Under the pieces are notes generated by a model. It searched no databases, was not told the origin of the DNA, and worked only from the letters and a program-made list of their open reading frames with translations. The position numbers and the translations under genes were made by a program. This document shows positions 11,860 through 24,904 of a stretch of 64,000 bases of DNA, one piece after another; position 1 is the first letter of the stretch, and every line of letters starts with the position of its first letter. The stretch comes from Mustelus asterias (Eukaryota), in the NCBI RefSeq assembly GCF_964213995.1, contig NC_135815.1:85808001-85872000 (forward strand). The letters are read 5' to 3'.

Positions 11860-14350
11860 TTAAATAGATCTTTCCTATTCACTCTATCTAGGTCCCTTGT
11901 AATTTTATACGCCTCAGTTAAATCTCCCCTTCGCCTCTTTCTGTTCCAAAGGAAAGAATCCAATTATCCAATCTTTCCCCATAGTCAAAATTCTCCAATT
12001 CTGGCAATATCCTTGTAAATCTTCTCTGCACCCTCACTATAGTGCGATGACATATTTCCTGTTATGCAGTGACCAGAACTGTCCGCAGCACCCCAGCTGC
12101 AGAGGAATCAGTGTTATATACATTTCTAGCATAACCCCCTTGCTTTTAAACTCCAAGCCTTAGCCAATAAAGGAGAGTCTTGTAGATATCTTGTTGACCA
12201 CCTTATCTACATTTTCTGCTACTTGCAATGATCTATTATGGACTTGTGCTCTAAGGTCTATCTGCTCCTCTACACTTCTCAGTATCCAATCAAGTATTGT
12301 ATATTCCCTTTCATTGTTTATCCTCAAATGAATTACCTCACATTTCTCTGGATTGAATTCCATTTGTCATGTTGCTGCCCACTTGACCAGTCCATTGATC
12401 TCTTCTTTCAGTCTACAGTTTCTTCCTCATGATCAAACACATGCCATCTGCAAGCTTCTTAATCGTGTAAGTTTAATTCATGGAGATGTGCTGGTTAGGT
12501 GCATTGGCCATTTTAAATTCTCCCTCCGTGTACTCGAACAGGTGCCAGAGTGTGGTGACCAGGGAATTTTCACAGTAACTTTATTGCAGTGTTAATGTAA
12601 GCCTACTAGTGGCACTAATAAATAAACTTTAAATATATAACCACGAACAACAAAGGCCCAGTACGGAACCCTGTGGGAACCCCATTGAAAACAGCTTTCC
12701 AATCACAAAAGCACCTGTCATCCATAACCTTTTGCTCCCTGCCACTTAACCAATTTTAGATCCAAGCTACTACTATCTCTTGCATCTCATGAGCTTTTAA
12801 TTTTCTGATTTGTCTGCCATATAGTACCTTGCCAAAAGCCTGGCTAAAATCCATATGGATTACATCAAATGAGCTACTCTCAGTGGCCATCCTTGTTTCC
12901 TCCTCAGAAACTTTAGTTAATTCAGTCAGGCATGGCCTTCCGTTTACAAATCCATACTCATTGTCCTTGATTAGTTTGTTTCTCTCTAAATGACTTATAT
13001 TGTGTCTCTGAATTTGTTCCAATAATTTTCCTATTACCAAGCTTCGGTTGATTGTCCTGTAATTACTCGGGTGACCCTTTTCCCCTTTTTAAACAATGTT
13101 AGCAGACTTCTAGTCTTCCAGCATCATACCTGTGGCCAGAGAAAATTGGAAAATGATGGTCAGACCTTCACTATTTCTTCCCTTGCTTCCCTTAGCCTGG
13201 GTTACATTTCACCAGGGCCTGGTAATTTATCCACTTTCAAGGGTGTTAAAATTCTTTAGTATTACCTCCCTCATTCTGTTTATCCTATCCAATATCTTGC
13301 AGTAATCCTCATTAGCTACAATGTGTGCTTCCTCCTTCTCTGAGAAATCAGGGGCAAAGTATTCATTAAGAACTATGCTCATGTCTTCCACCTCAACAAA
13401 CAAGTTGCCTTTATGGTCTCTAATTTGCCTGACACTTTCCATTGCTATTCTCTTGCTCTTTATGTACTTACTAAACAGCTTTGCGTTCTCCTTAATTTTG
13501 TTTGCCAATATAGACTTATCTAGGCTTTCTGCTGCACAGAGTTATTGGCATCTGAAATACATTTGCTTTTTTGCCTTATCCTACTCTCTAATCCTCCTTG
13601 ACATCCAGGAACGTCTTAGATTTGTGAGTCCCACCCTTTTTCTTTGTGGGAATGTAATTAGTTTTCAACCCTCTCTATTTCCCCACTGAATGCCTCCCCA
13701 TTGCTCTGACACTGATTTACCTTCCAAGTAGTTGCTCCCAGTCGTCTTCTGCCGAATCACACCTCGGCTTAGTAAAACTGGCCTTCCCCCAACTTAAAAC
13801 TTTCACTGTTGATCTATCTTTATCTCTTTTCATAACTTCTGTAAGTCTAACTGAATGATGATAATCCTTACTAAAATCTTCACCTACTGATATCCCTTTC
13901 ACTTGTCCAGATTCTTTCCCTAAACCAGAGTCCTGAACTGCCTTTCTTTTGTTGGGTTTGCTATATAATTGGCTCGGAAAAGGTTGTCCTGGACGTATTT
14001 TAGTAATTGTATTGTCTGTATTTTTTACACTGAATTCACTGCAGTCAGTATTAGGGTTGTTGAAATCCCCTACAATTACTGCTCTTGTGTTTCTACACTT
14101 CTCAGCATTTTGCCTACATATTTATTTTATCTTCTGTCACCCTCTGGCTGTTTGGGTTTTATAGTTTACTTCCAGCAGTGTAATTGCTCATTTTTGATTC
14201 CTTAGTTCAGCCCATATGGCTTCAATTGATGCTTCTTTATATCACTCCTCCTCTCAGCTATGATTGTTTCTTTAACCAGTATTGTGAATCCCATCCTTTT
14301 TCATCCCCCTTCTCCATCCTGTAACTAGGAATGTTGAGCTGCCATTCTTG
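11860..14350 (-). mobile_element. Old, heavily mutated CR1 LINE ORF2 (endonuclease to reverse transcriptase)
   Basis: Minus-strand ORF remnants IKENAKLFSKYIKSKR, YGFVNGRPCLT..DVIHMDFSQAFGKV and MEFNPEKCEVIHL lie in the correct order. A V-SINE tail is inserted at about 12484-12625. Confidence 0.85.
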
Positions 14351-15019
14351 CCCTTCACGTTTCTTGGCTATCTTGGTTCATTTGGTTTCATTCTCACCTC
14401 TTGAGTCAGAAGACTGTGGACTTGAGATTACAATCTCAGTCGATATTCCAATGCAGAACTCAGTGCTGCACTGTTAGAGATGCTGTCCTTTGGATGGCAT
14501 GTAAAACCCCCCCCAACCTGTATAAGGGCAGTAAATTCTGGCATCCGGGCCAACATTCCTGCAGAGTCTGGAGGTCAATTGAAATTTGCAAGACAGAGAG
14601 TGATGGATTATGTCAGGTAACAGTGTCAAGTGATATGGAGTAGAAGCGGGTAAATGGGGTTATGGTACAAATCAGCCATGATCAAATGGGAAACAGAATC
14701 AAGCCCTTACTTGTTTAAGGATCCATTCCCACATCATCTTGTGCACCAGCAATATCTTTTCCAAATCCTGTGACCTCTACCAGCCAGAAGTGTAATGGCT
14801 GTGGTTGTATGGAAACACCTTCATCTGCAAGTTGCCTCCAAGTCATAGGCAATCCAAATTTTGACATACCTTGCCATCTCTTCAGCACTGCTAGGTCAGA
14901 ATCCTGGACCCCGTCTACCTAACAGCATAATGTGTGTACCTTCATCACACAGACTGCTACGGTTCAAGACAATGGGTCCCCACCATTTTCTCAAGATTAA
15001 ATGGGGATTAGTATTATTG

Positions 15020-15360
15020 GGGGTGACATGGTGGCACAGTGGTTAGCACTGCTGCCTCGCAGCTCCAGGGACCTATGTTCGATTCCTGGCTTGGGTCACT
15101 GTCTGTGTGTAGTTTGCACATTCTCCCTGTGTCTGCATGAGTTTCTTCTGGGTGCTCCGGTTTCCTCCCATAGTCCAAAGATGTGTGGGTTAGGTTGATT
15201 GGCCATGCTCAATTGTCCCTTAGTGTCCCGAGATGCGTAGGTTAGAGGGATTAGTGGGGTAAATGTGTGGGGTTGTAGGGAAAGAGCCTGGGTGGGATTG
15301 TTGTTGGTGCAGACTCGATGGACTGAATGGCCTATTTCTGTACTGTAGGGATTCCATGAT
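15020..15360 (+). mobile_element. Full-length HE1-type V-SINE
   Basis: Head, V domain and CR1-type tail are all present. Confidence 0.9.
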
Positions 15361-16129
15361 TTATGAATAAATGCCGGCCTTTGCAAGCAATCAATAAAAT
15401 CCTGAGAATTAATCTTAAAATTTCAAATGGATTTAATTGGAGTTTTCATGTCAAAAGTGACCAGTAGCTGCTGTGTTAAACCCTTGCTAGAAAATCCCTA
15501 AGTAGGACAACCATATTCTTTTTGTTAAAATTACCGTTTCTACTTGTGGCAAGCAGTCAGTACGTTACCTGCATATTGGAAGTCTGTCATGTATCTGAGT
15601 GGATCTGAAACAACTTCAGCTCTAGTTGGTCATGCAGACTCTTCAATTAGGTTGCCTTCCAGGTTGGTCACTAGTAGTTGTCCACTATGATGCTGAAGTT
15701 GTGGTTCTGTTTGAGATTAGTGTCAGTCTCTTGATTTTGAGGTGGGCAGATACTTTCTGAAAAAGACTTGCATTTCAATAGCACCATTTACAACCTCAGG
15801 ATATCCCAAAGCACTTTAGAGCTGCTGCTGTACTTTTCAAGTGTTATAATGTAGGAAACACAGCAACCAATTTGCACTTATTGAGTTCCTACAGCTTGTA
15901 ATGTGATAATGATCAGATAATATGTTTTAATTATGGCTATGTCCACTGCCAACGGCCTGCGGACGACAGGCCCAGGTTAATCAGCATATGTATAGGGGCA
16001 GTGTGCAGTAGGACACGTGCATGGTTATCACTGGCAGCGGAAGAATTTAATGTTGTGAATTTCTATCCTGGACTGACAATGAAGGATTTTGGATACTCCT
16101 TTTGTAGGGGATTAGAAGAGAAGGGGATT

Positions 16130-16442
16130 TAGAATCCCTATAGTACAGAAGCAGACCATTTGGTCTATCGAGTCTGCACTGACAACAATCCCACCCAGGC
16201 CCTATCCCCATAACCCCACTTATTTACCCTGCTAATCCCCCTGACACTAAGGGGCAATTTAGCATGGCCAATCCACCTAACCTGCACATCTTTGGACTGT
16301 GGGAGGAAACCAGAGCACCCAGAGGAAACCCACGCAGACATGGGGAGAACGTGCAAAATCCACACAGATGGTGACTCAAGGACAGAATTGAATCCAGGTC
16401 CCTGGTGCTGTGAGGCAGCAGTGCTAGCCACTGTGCCACCCA
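16130..16442 (-). mobile_element. HE1-type V-SINE
   Basis: The reverse complement matches the other HE1 copies throughout. Confidence 0.9.
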
Positions 16443-16620
16443 GCAGACAGGAAATCAAATCTTTTCCTTGTGGGATATTTTACTGCAGTTATGTTGGTCA
16501 GTGTTTCTAAACTCTGTTTCACTCTCCAAATAACAGAAGTGAGTGTTCGACTATATTGCCTCATCTGGTGCAGACCAGTGCGCAGGCTCAAAAGGGTGGC
16601 TATTTGCGTGGCCACATTAG

Positions 16621-16893
16621 GGCAGCACGTTGGCACAGTGGTTAGCACTGCTGCCTCACAGTGCCAGGGACCCGGGTTCAATTCCCAGCTTGGGTCACTG
16701 TCTGTGTGGAGTTTGCACATTCTCCCTGTATCTGCATGGATTTCCTCCGGGTGCTCCGGTTTCCTCCCACTGTCTGAAAGATGTGCTGGTTAGGTGCAGT
16801 GACCCGATCAGGTGCCGGAGTGTGGCAACCAGGGGAATTTCACAGGAACTTCATTACAGTGTTAATGTAAGCCCACTTGTGACTAATAAATAA
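16621..16893 (+). mobile_element. V-SINE, second subfamily with alternative 3' tail
   Basis: HE1 head and V domain, but the tail is ccggagtgtggcaaccaggggaatttcacagg...ttgtgactaataaataaa instead of the CR1-type tail. Confidence 0.85.
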
Positions 16894-17989
16894 ATTTAAA
16901 ACATTGTGTTGGCAGGAGATTCACTATTTAATTATATTGATTCAGGGAGAAATATTGGCCAGAACACTGGGAAGAACTCCCTTCCCTTCTTTGAAATAGA
17001 TTGTTTAGGTCTACCTGCAAGGGTAGATGGAGCCTCAGTGTAAAATCTCATCCAAAAGACAACAGAGCAACACTACCTCAATGCTGCCTGTCTAGATTAT
17101 GTGCCTAGGTCTCTCGAGTAGAGCTTGAAACTATCACTTCTGACTCGAGGTTAACAGTTCTACTAAATGAGCCAAGGCTGATGCCTTAGTCTCTTAATTG
17201 TAAAAGCAATTCAAGGCTCAGCTTAACATGGCAGAAGCAAGTTCTGTATTTATCCAAGTGATTCCAGAGATCCATCTAAGTACAATGTGCATTGTATAAA
17301 CATCATGGATAGTGAGTCCTTCTGACCCTGGAGGAATTTCTGTCTCATTTATTATAATGATCAGGTAACTCTCAACTTGTTAATACATGGGATGGTTCGA
17401 GCCACGGAATGAGTTGAAATTATTGTTTTTTGCACATGAAGAAATGAAACACTTGGATTTGGAGAATGGGAAATTCTGACACGATAGCCTATCCCTTAAT
17501 GGTTAAAAACACCCATGGAATGATGCTTCTTAGCTGCTGTCAAGAGCTGGGAAGTCGGTTATATGAGCGCATTCCGGTACTTTTGCTGCTTTGCAGACCC
17601 AAAGGCATTAACAGGATGCAGTTTTTCCAGTTTCCTTAATACTTGTGGCCTGAGTGCACATCCTTGAACACTCTGTCAAGGTTCAGTTGACAGCCAACCT
17701 GTGTTCTGGCACCAATGATAAGGCTGAATTTTTGATCCGTAATATTGATGGGCAATTGTACTAAAATGACTCTCATTCTTCTGCTGGTCTATACAGCTAA
17801 GGCTCACGTGCAGTGTTACATAACATATTGTGCTTGCCAGTTGGCAAGTATGTGATGTTCCCACAAAGCAACATCCTGATAAATCAATGCACCTGTGGTC
17901 ATTTATGTACGTAAGCGCACTCTTGATTATTACAGTCTTCCAGGCAACGTATGCTGTCACCTAAACGTGATGCTGCTGCTGAAATGCTC

Positions 17990-19062
17990 TTCTACACTCT
18001 TTGAGCCAGGAATGATATGATAACCTGGTTTGCAGTAATGGCAGAGTGATGGATATGATGGTCCGTGAGGTTACAGATTGTGGTGGAATACAATTCTGCT
18101 GCTGATGATGGCCCACAATACCTCACAGATCCCCCAGTCTTGAATTGCAAGAACTGTTCTGAGTTTATCCCGTTTAACACTGTGGTAATGTCACAGAACG
18201 TGATGGAGGGTGCCCTCAGTGTGAAGACAGAACTTTGTCTCCACAGGACTGTTTGAATGTAACTCCTATCAATACTTTCATGGATAGGTGTGTCTGTGAA
18301 GGTTGATTAGTGAGAATAAGGTCAAATAGGTTTTTCCCTTATGTTGGTTCTTTCACCATCTGCAGCAGGCCCATCTGGCGCATGTGTCCTTCAGGACTCA
18401 GCCAGGTCAGTTAGTAGTGGTGCTACTCAACCTCTATTGATGATGAACATTGAAGTCTGCCCACCAAGGGTATATTTTGTGCCCTTGCTGCCCTCAGTAC
18501 TTCTTCCAAGTGATGTTTCAAACTGGAGGTGTACTGATACACCAGCAGAGGGAAAGCAGTGCATGATAATCCGCAGGTTTGTTTGCCCACATTTGACGTG
18601 AAACCATGAGACTTAATGGGGTCCAGAGTCAATGTTGAGGAAACCCAGGGCCATTCCCTCCCAACTATATGCCACCACCTCTATTGGGTCTGTCCAGTGG
18701 GATTGTGATTATGGTTTTTGGGACACTAGCTGTACGATTCAGTGAGTGGCTGTTGCTTGTAGTCTGTGGAATAGCCGTCCCAATTTTATGCAAATCCCCA
18801 GATATTAATGAGGAGGATTTTGGTAGCTTTGATTGGACAGGGGGTGTTTTTATCGTGCCTGTACCCTGGTCGATGCCAAGTGGTGCATTCAGATTTTTAT
18901 GTGACCTTTCCATGGTGGCTTGATACAACTGAGTGGTTTGCAACACCAGTACAGAGGGCAGTTAAGCATCAACCATATTGTTGTGGGGCTGGAGCCACAT
19001 CTGGCCAGACTGGTTAAGGATGGCAGATTTTCTTCCCTAAATAACAATAGTGAACCAGATGG
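17990..19062 (-). mobile_element. Degenerate LINE 5' portion (APE endonuclease) whose 5' region (about 18920-19062) is LF-SINE-like
   Basis: The minus strand encodes ...LDRPNRGGGI (APE motif DR...GGG). Directly upstream is ccatctggttcactattgttatttagggaagaaaatctgccatcctt...ccactcagttgtatca, homologous to the SINE at 35980-36484. Confidence 0.65.
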
Positions 19063-19563
19063 TTAGCTCTTTCAAAGAGAAAGTATTGGTGCAAGGGGCT
19101 GAATGATCTTCTGCATAATCATTTTTTTTCATTCTTCTGTCCCATTCTCTCAGTAATAAGAAAGCCAGCTACAATATGTTTTTCATTCTTGGGCTGTGGG
19201 CATTGCTGGTAAGGTTGGCATTTATTGCCTGCCCCTGAGAAAGATGGTACTGATATTACTGGGTGACTTGCTAGGCCACTGCAGAGGGCATTTAGTGTGT
19301 GTGACTGGAGTCACATTTAGATCAAACCATGTTTCCTTTGGTATTGGATATTAGTGAGTCAGTTAGGTTTTTACAACAATCTGACAGTTTTATGGTGACT
19401 CCTACTGATAGTGGCCTTATTTATTTCCTGAATTTTTAAAACATGATCGTGTGTTTCCCAAGGGGTTATGGAGATCACTCTGAACATTTCTCAATTTGCA
19501 AGTTAAGGAGCAGCAGACATGCAACACAGTTATAATTGCACCTTAGGTAATCAAATACAATTA

Positions 19564-20288
19564 GTTATAATCCAGTTAAGAAACTCCAAAATGTTTTATG
19601 AAGTCCGCCTGGATCATAAGTTTTGCACTTTGAATTGGGCTAGGGTAAGCATGAGATGTTTCACTTCAGGTATGATTCAAATGACCCACTAGGGAGCTTT
19701 TATCAAACAAAGTTTATTAAAGAATTCAGTTAATTTAGAAAGAAAATTAGCAATAGCTTTTATCAATTACAAAAAAGAAAAAAAGTGGTATTGTATAAAC
19801 CTTAACAACTAAATGAAATGTTTCAATCAAACAAACCTCCTTATAAACATTCCTCTGCCATAGGTTTAACTCAGAAAACAAGGATGCTCACGTGATGCTG
19901 TTGGATGCTGCAGTTTTCTTGGCACACACACAGACAAGCTTGAAGTCAGAACAGCTTCCCAAAACACCAGGGAGAGAGAGAGAGGGAGACAGAACACTGC
20001 AACCAGCCTGAGGTAAAACACCTAACTAAAACAGCAGCCAGCAACCAAACTGAAAGTAAAACTAAAAACTGTCCAAAGGCATCTGACCTATCCATCATTC
20101 TGTCTCCAACAACTCGGGTCCATAAAAATCCTGGACACTGCATTAGGCCCAGAGTAAAAATAACCAAAACCCCATTTAAACCATTTTAAGCAGAATTAAA
20201 AGGAGTTCTGAGCAGACAGCTGTGTGCCTGCTTATAACTGCAGAGAACATGATTAAAATATCTTTCTTATAAACACAGTAGTGTTACA
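19564..20288 (-). mobile_element. Probable solo LTR
   Basis: The minus strand begins TGTAACAC, contains AATAAA and ends ...ggattataac (degenerate CA end). No coding content and no TSD recognised. Confidence 0.5.
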
Positions 20289-22042
20289 AGTCATGAAAAT
20301 AGATTAGGGCAAAGGTACCTAGATTTATAGTTTTTATCTGGAGCACTATTCAGGGGCTCCAAGTTCAAATAAACCATGGACCTCACTAGGATTCTCTTAA
20401 AAACTTTGACAAGCCAATTGTATAATTAGTGAACTTGCTCTGAATGCATTATATTCTTCACGATCACCGTATTGCATTTAGTAAGCCTCAGCAGTTTATA
20501 AAATGGGGCACTGGCAATCAGCACAGCAAACACACAAGAACTGTGCCTTTCATTAACATATTTTTAAAAAATGATTAGCAGATCTCCAGTATAGTTGGTC
20601 ATGTTGAGTAGGAGAAGATGACAAATGCATCATTTTACCATATTTCACAACATATGTCATCCAAGAGACACTGCCTCTGATAGTGATGCACTCCATGCTA
20701 CACTGGGAGTGCCGGCCTAGATCATGCACTTAACTCTCTGACTCGGGGGCGAGAACACAACTACTAAATCAAGGCTAACAGCTAAAGGAGAAATAATCTT
20801 AATTTGTTTTGTCGGGAGGGCATCTGTAATTCCTATTTGATTTATCGGGAGGAATATATGATTTCTTTTATGGTGTAAAGTACAAAGCTTTAATCCAATG
20901 CCAGAGTTTAATCATTACTGTATGACATTGATTCTGTTCATAAAGCTGGGTGCTGGTAGCTAATGGTGCTAGTCATAAACGTGAATACTTTAAAATCCAC
21001 AACAAAAATGGGGAGGTGGCAGTGATTGAGAAGTATAAAGAAATGTAAATGTGCTTTCTGCTTCAAGTTTTAAATGTTGATGGATACGAATGCCAAGTTG
21101 ATCCCCGGCACCATTTCAGTCCAAAGATCTATACCGAGCACAGGGTTGTGAAATCCTCATTCAAAGGTTGCTGTGACTCCTTTAAAGATTGAGATGGAAA
21201 CAACAGAAGAAATTTACAGTCTGGTTATAACTCTCTCATTTGTTCTGCATTTTAGCTTTTGCCTTTTAATTTACAAACACACCTTATTTAGAAATTTCCA
21301 GCTTTGCTGTTAAAGCACTAATGCAAAGAAAGCTTCTTATCATTTTGTTGGCAGGATACAGGGAGACCGATTCCACAGCAGGAGATTTATTTTGACGGTG
21401 TTATCTCAATACCAACTGCTCCTGGTGCAGCAGGAATTCTGTCCAGAGAAATCTATGACTAGACTATTGTTTGTTTAGTTTCACATGCAGAAAAGTTCCT
21501 ATTCCATCTTTATTTTGATTATTCTCATTGCTGTTTACAAAGAAAGAACTGGACATTATATAGCCCCTTCCAGAACCTCAGGACATCCCAATGAACTTTA
21601 CAGCCAGCTACTATTATCGAAAATGCAGCAGTCAATATTTGCACAGCATGATACCACAAAAAAGCAATGGGATCATGACCAGATAACCTGGTTTGATGGT
21701 GTTTGAGGGATAAATATTGGTCAGGATGTCTGAGTAAACTTCTCTGCCCTTCTTCAACATGACGTCATGAGAATTTTTACATCTGCCTGAGGGGGCACTC
21801 GGGCTGTCAGCCTCCTCTGAAAGGTGGCACCTCCTGACAGCGCAGCAAGAACAATTTCATTTTTATAGCATCTTTAGTATAGCAAAACATCTCCCAATGC
21901 TTCAAGGAATCCTAGCAAACAGAATTTGATGCAAAGCCACATAAGGAGATATTAGGAAGGTGACCAAAATCTTTTTCAAAGAAGTAGATTTTAAGGAGTG
22001 TCTTAAACAGAGTGAGAGATATAGGAGTGGAGAGATTTTCTT

Positions 22043-22437
22043 TCTCCAACAACTCAGGGCCATAAAAATCCTGGACACTGCATTAGGTCCAGAGTAAAAA
22101 TAAACAAAACCCCATTTAAACCATTTAAGCAGCATTAAAAGAAGTTCTTAGCAGACAGCTGTGTGCCTGCTTATAACTGCAAAGAACATGATTAAAATAC
22201 CTTTCTTATAGACACAGTAGTGTTACAAGTCATGAAAATAGATTCAGACAAGGTCCGGAGAAATCTATGACTAGACTATTGTTTGTTTAGTTTAACATGC
22301 AGAAAAGTTCCGATTCCATCTTTATTTTGATTATGCTCATTGCTATTTACAAAGAAAGACCTGGACGTTATATAGCCCCTTTCACAACCTCAGGACATCC
22401 AATGAACTTTACAGCCAGCTACTATTATCGAAAATGC
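22043..22437 (+). repeat. Composite local duplication of about 20103-20317 and about 21441-21627, inserted in an L2-like remnant
   Basis: Both halves align directly to the upstream segments, for example ctccaacaactc..ccataaaaatcctggacactgcattagg and gagaaatctatgactagactattgtttgtttagttt. Confidence 0.9.
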
Positions 22438-23049
22438 GGAGCTTAGCACCTGAGCAATTGAAGACACAACTACCAATGGCAGAGTGATAAAAATCAGGAA
22501 TGCCCAAAAGGTCAGAATTGGAGGAAGGCAGAAATCTCAGGATCAGAAAGGGTGAGGTCATGTAGAGATTGATAAATAAGTATGAGAATTTTAAAGTAAA
22601 TTGCTGGTTCAGGTGCCAATGTAATTAGTAAAACCACAGGTTGGACAGGATTTTAGCATAAGTTAATGTATGGGCAGTGTTCTGAGATTAACCTTCATCT
22701 CTGGACTCTAGGAGTGGTACTACAGTCATACTCTGGCATCTGCTTGACACTTGTTTAATCATGCTACTTCTAAACAGCTCATAGAGTAGTCATGTTGCTC
22801 CTAGGCATGATATTCCAATCTCTCTCTTGAGAGAGAGTCTAACACATGACTGTCAGCGTGCATCATTATCCATGTCATACCCTGTCTTGAGTATTGTGTT
22901 CAGTTCTGGGTGCTGCATGTTAGGAAGGATATACTGATGTTGGTGGGGGTGCAGTAAGGATTCTCCAGACTGATACTGGGGCTTCAGAAGACAGAGTGCT
23001 TGTATTCCCTCGAAATTCAAAGATTTCGGGGTGATCTGAGTGTAGTGTT

Positions 23050-23470
23050 TAGAGTGTGGCTCAGTTGCTGGCACACATACCTGTGAGTTCAAATGTTTCT
23101 GGGTTCAAGGACTTGAGCACATAAAATTAGCCTGATGCTCCAGTGCAATACTGAGGGAGTGCTGTACTCTTGGCAGTGCTGTCTTTTAGGTGAGTGGTTT
23201 AGTTGCCCTGTCCGTGCTCTCAGGTTACTGTAAATGATCTCATGGTGCGAGCTCAAATAAGAGCATCAGAGTTATCCCTGGTGTCCTAGCCAGTATTTAT
23301 CCCTCAACCAATATAAATGAAAGCAGGTTTTTTGGTCACTGTCACTGAACTGTTTGTGTGAGCTTCTGTGTACAAATTGGCTGCTGTGTTTTATGTGTTA
23401 AAACAATTGTTTGATTTCAATTGTTGGCTGGAAGGTGCTTTGTGATGTGTTACGGAAATGCAAATCTTCC
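23050..23470 (+). mobile_element. Near full-length DeuSINE (SacSINE1-like)
   Basis: tRNA-like head tggctcagttgctggcac...gggttcaag, then gtgtcctagccagtatttatccctcaacc and caaattggctgctgtgttt. Further copies lie at about 15770-15925, 16930-17180, 21540-21845, 26210-26380, 29210-29355, 31570-31790, 33230-33630, 49780-50150, 52400-52790 and 54165-54490. Confidence 0.7.
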
Positions 23471-23721
23471 TTTATCTTTTTAAAATTATAAAAGGGACTC
23501 AATAGGGTAGTGGTACAGAGAAACTGTTTTCTCTAGTCTGGGATTTCAGAACAAGGATACATAATCCTAAAATTAGAGTGAAACCATACAGGAGTGAAAT
23601 TAGGAAGCAGATTTTCCTGAGGGTTAAGAGGAATCTGAAATATTTCCTTCCCAAAAGATGCTGGGAGGTCAATTGGAGTTTTGATGACTGTAATTGGTAG
23701 ATTTTCGTTGGGCAAGGGTAT

Positions 23722-24043
23722 CATAGAATCCCTACAGTGCCAAAGGAGGCCATTCGGCCCATTAAGTCCACACCGACCACAATCCCACCCAGGCCCCATT
23801 CCCATAACCCCACACACTTACCCCGCCAATCCCTCTGACTCTAGGGTCAATTTAGCATGGCCAATCGACCTAACCTGCACATCTTTGGACTATGGGAGGA
23901 AACCGGAACACCTGGGAGGAAACCCACGCAGACACAAGGAGAATGTGCAAACTCCACACAGACAGTGAGACAAGGCCAGAAATAAACCTAGGTCCCTGGT
24001 GCTGTGAGGCAGCAGTGCTAACCACTGAGCCACCATGCCACCC
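23722..24043 (-). mobile_element. HE1-type V-SINE inserted in an old CR1 3' fragment
   Basis: Head, V domain and tail on the minus strand. Confidence 0.9.
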
Positions 24044-24904
24044 ATGTAATTCATACTAAAGACAGGTAAATTAAGTTGAGGTGCAGATCAAATAGAATGT
24101 TAGAATAAGCCCTAAGGGCTCCATGGCCTACTCCTGTTCCCATGTTCCTGATCGTTTATTCCACACCAAAATTACTGGCATTTCATGGCAAAAAAAAAAG
24201 CCTTTACTTAGCATTTTTGACCACCAAAAATTCCTAAACCCCTTGAAGCACTTTTGAAATGTAGCTGAATCATAGAATGGTTACAGTAGGGAAGGAGGCC
24301 ATTTGATCTGTCATGTCGGCACTGGCTTTCTGACGGAGCAACTCACCTAGTGTCACACCCTTGTCTTCTCCCCTGCAATTTTTTTATCTTTTCAGAGAAT
24401 GATCCAATTCCCTTTTGAAAGTCTCAATTGGCCCTCCCTCCAGCACACTTTCAGGCAGTGAATTCCAGAACCTAACCACATGCTGCATGAAAAGTCTTTC
24501 CTCATGTCGCCACTGCTTCTTTTGCCAATCACCTTAAACCTGTGCCTTCTGGTTTACGATTCATCCACCAATTGGAACAGTGTTTCTCTCTCTCTACTCT
24601 GTCCAGACCCCCCATGATTTTGAATACCTCAATCAGGTTTCCCCTCAACCTTTTCTTCTCCAAGGAAAACAACCCCAACTTCTCAAATGAGTACTTGGCA
24701 CGTCATAACATTCAAGGTTATGGGCCAAGTATTGATAAATGGGACTGGGTGGGAGGTCAGGTGTTTCTCATGTTGGTATAGATTCGATGGACCGAAGGGC
24801 CTCTTCTGCACTCTGATTCTACTCTATGCCCCTATTGATCAGGCCCAGGATGCCTATTGCCTTTTTAATTGTGCCCTCAATCTGTCTTGCCACCTACAAT
24901 GATT

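Noticed and set aside
21356-21463. Possible exon after tttgttggcAG (DTGRPIPQQEIYFDG...), and a minus-strand acceptor near 21180
   Set aside because: No donor or recognisable homology, so it is not distinguishable from chance.
22240-22265. Spliced retrocopy explanation for the composite duplication (AAG|GTACC donor and TCCAG acceptor are nearby)
   Set aside because: The copy retains gtcc, which splicing at those sites would have removed.
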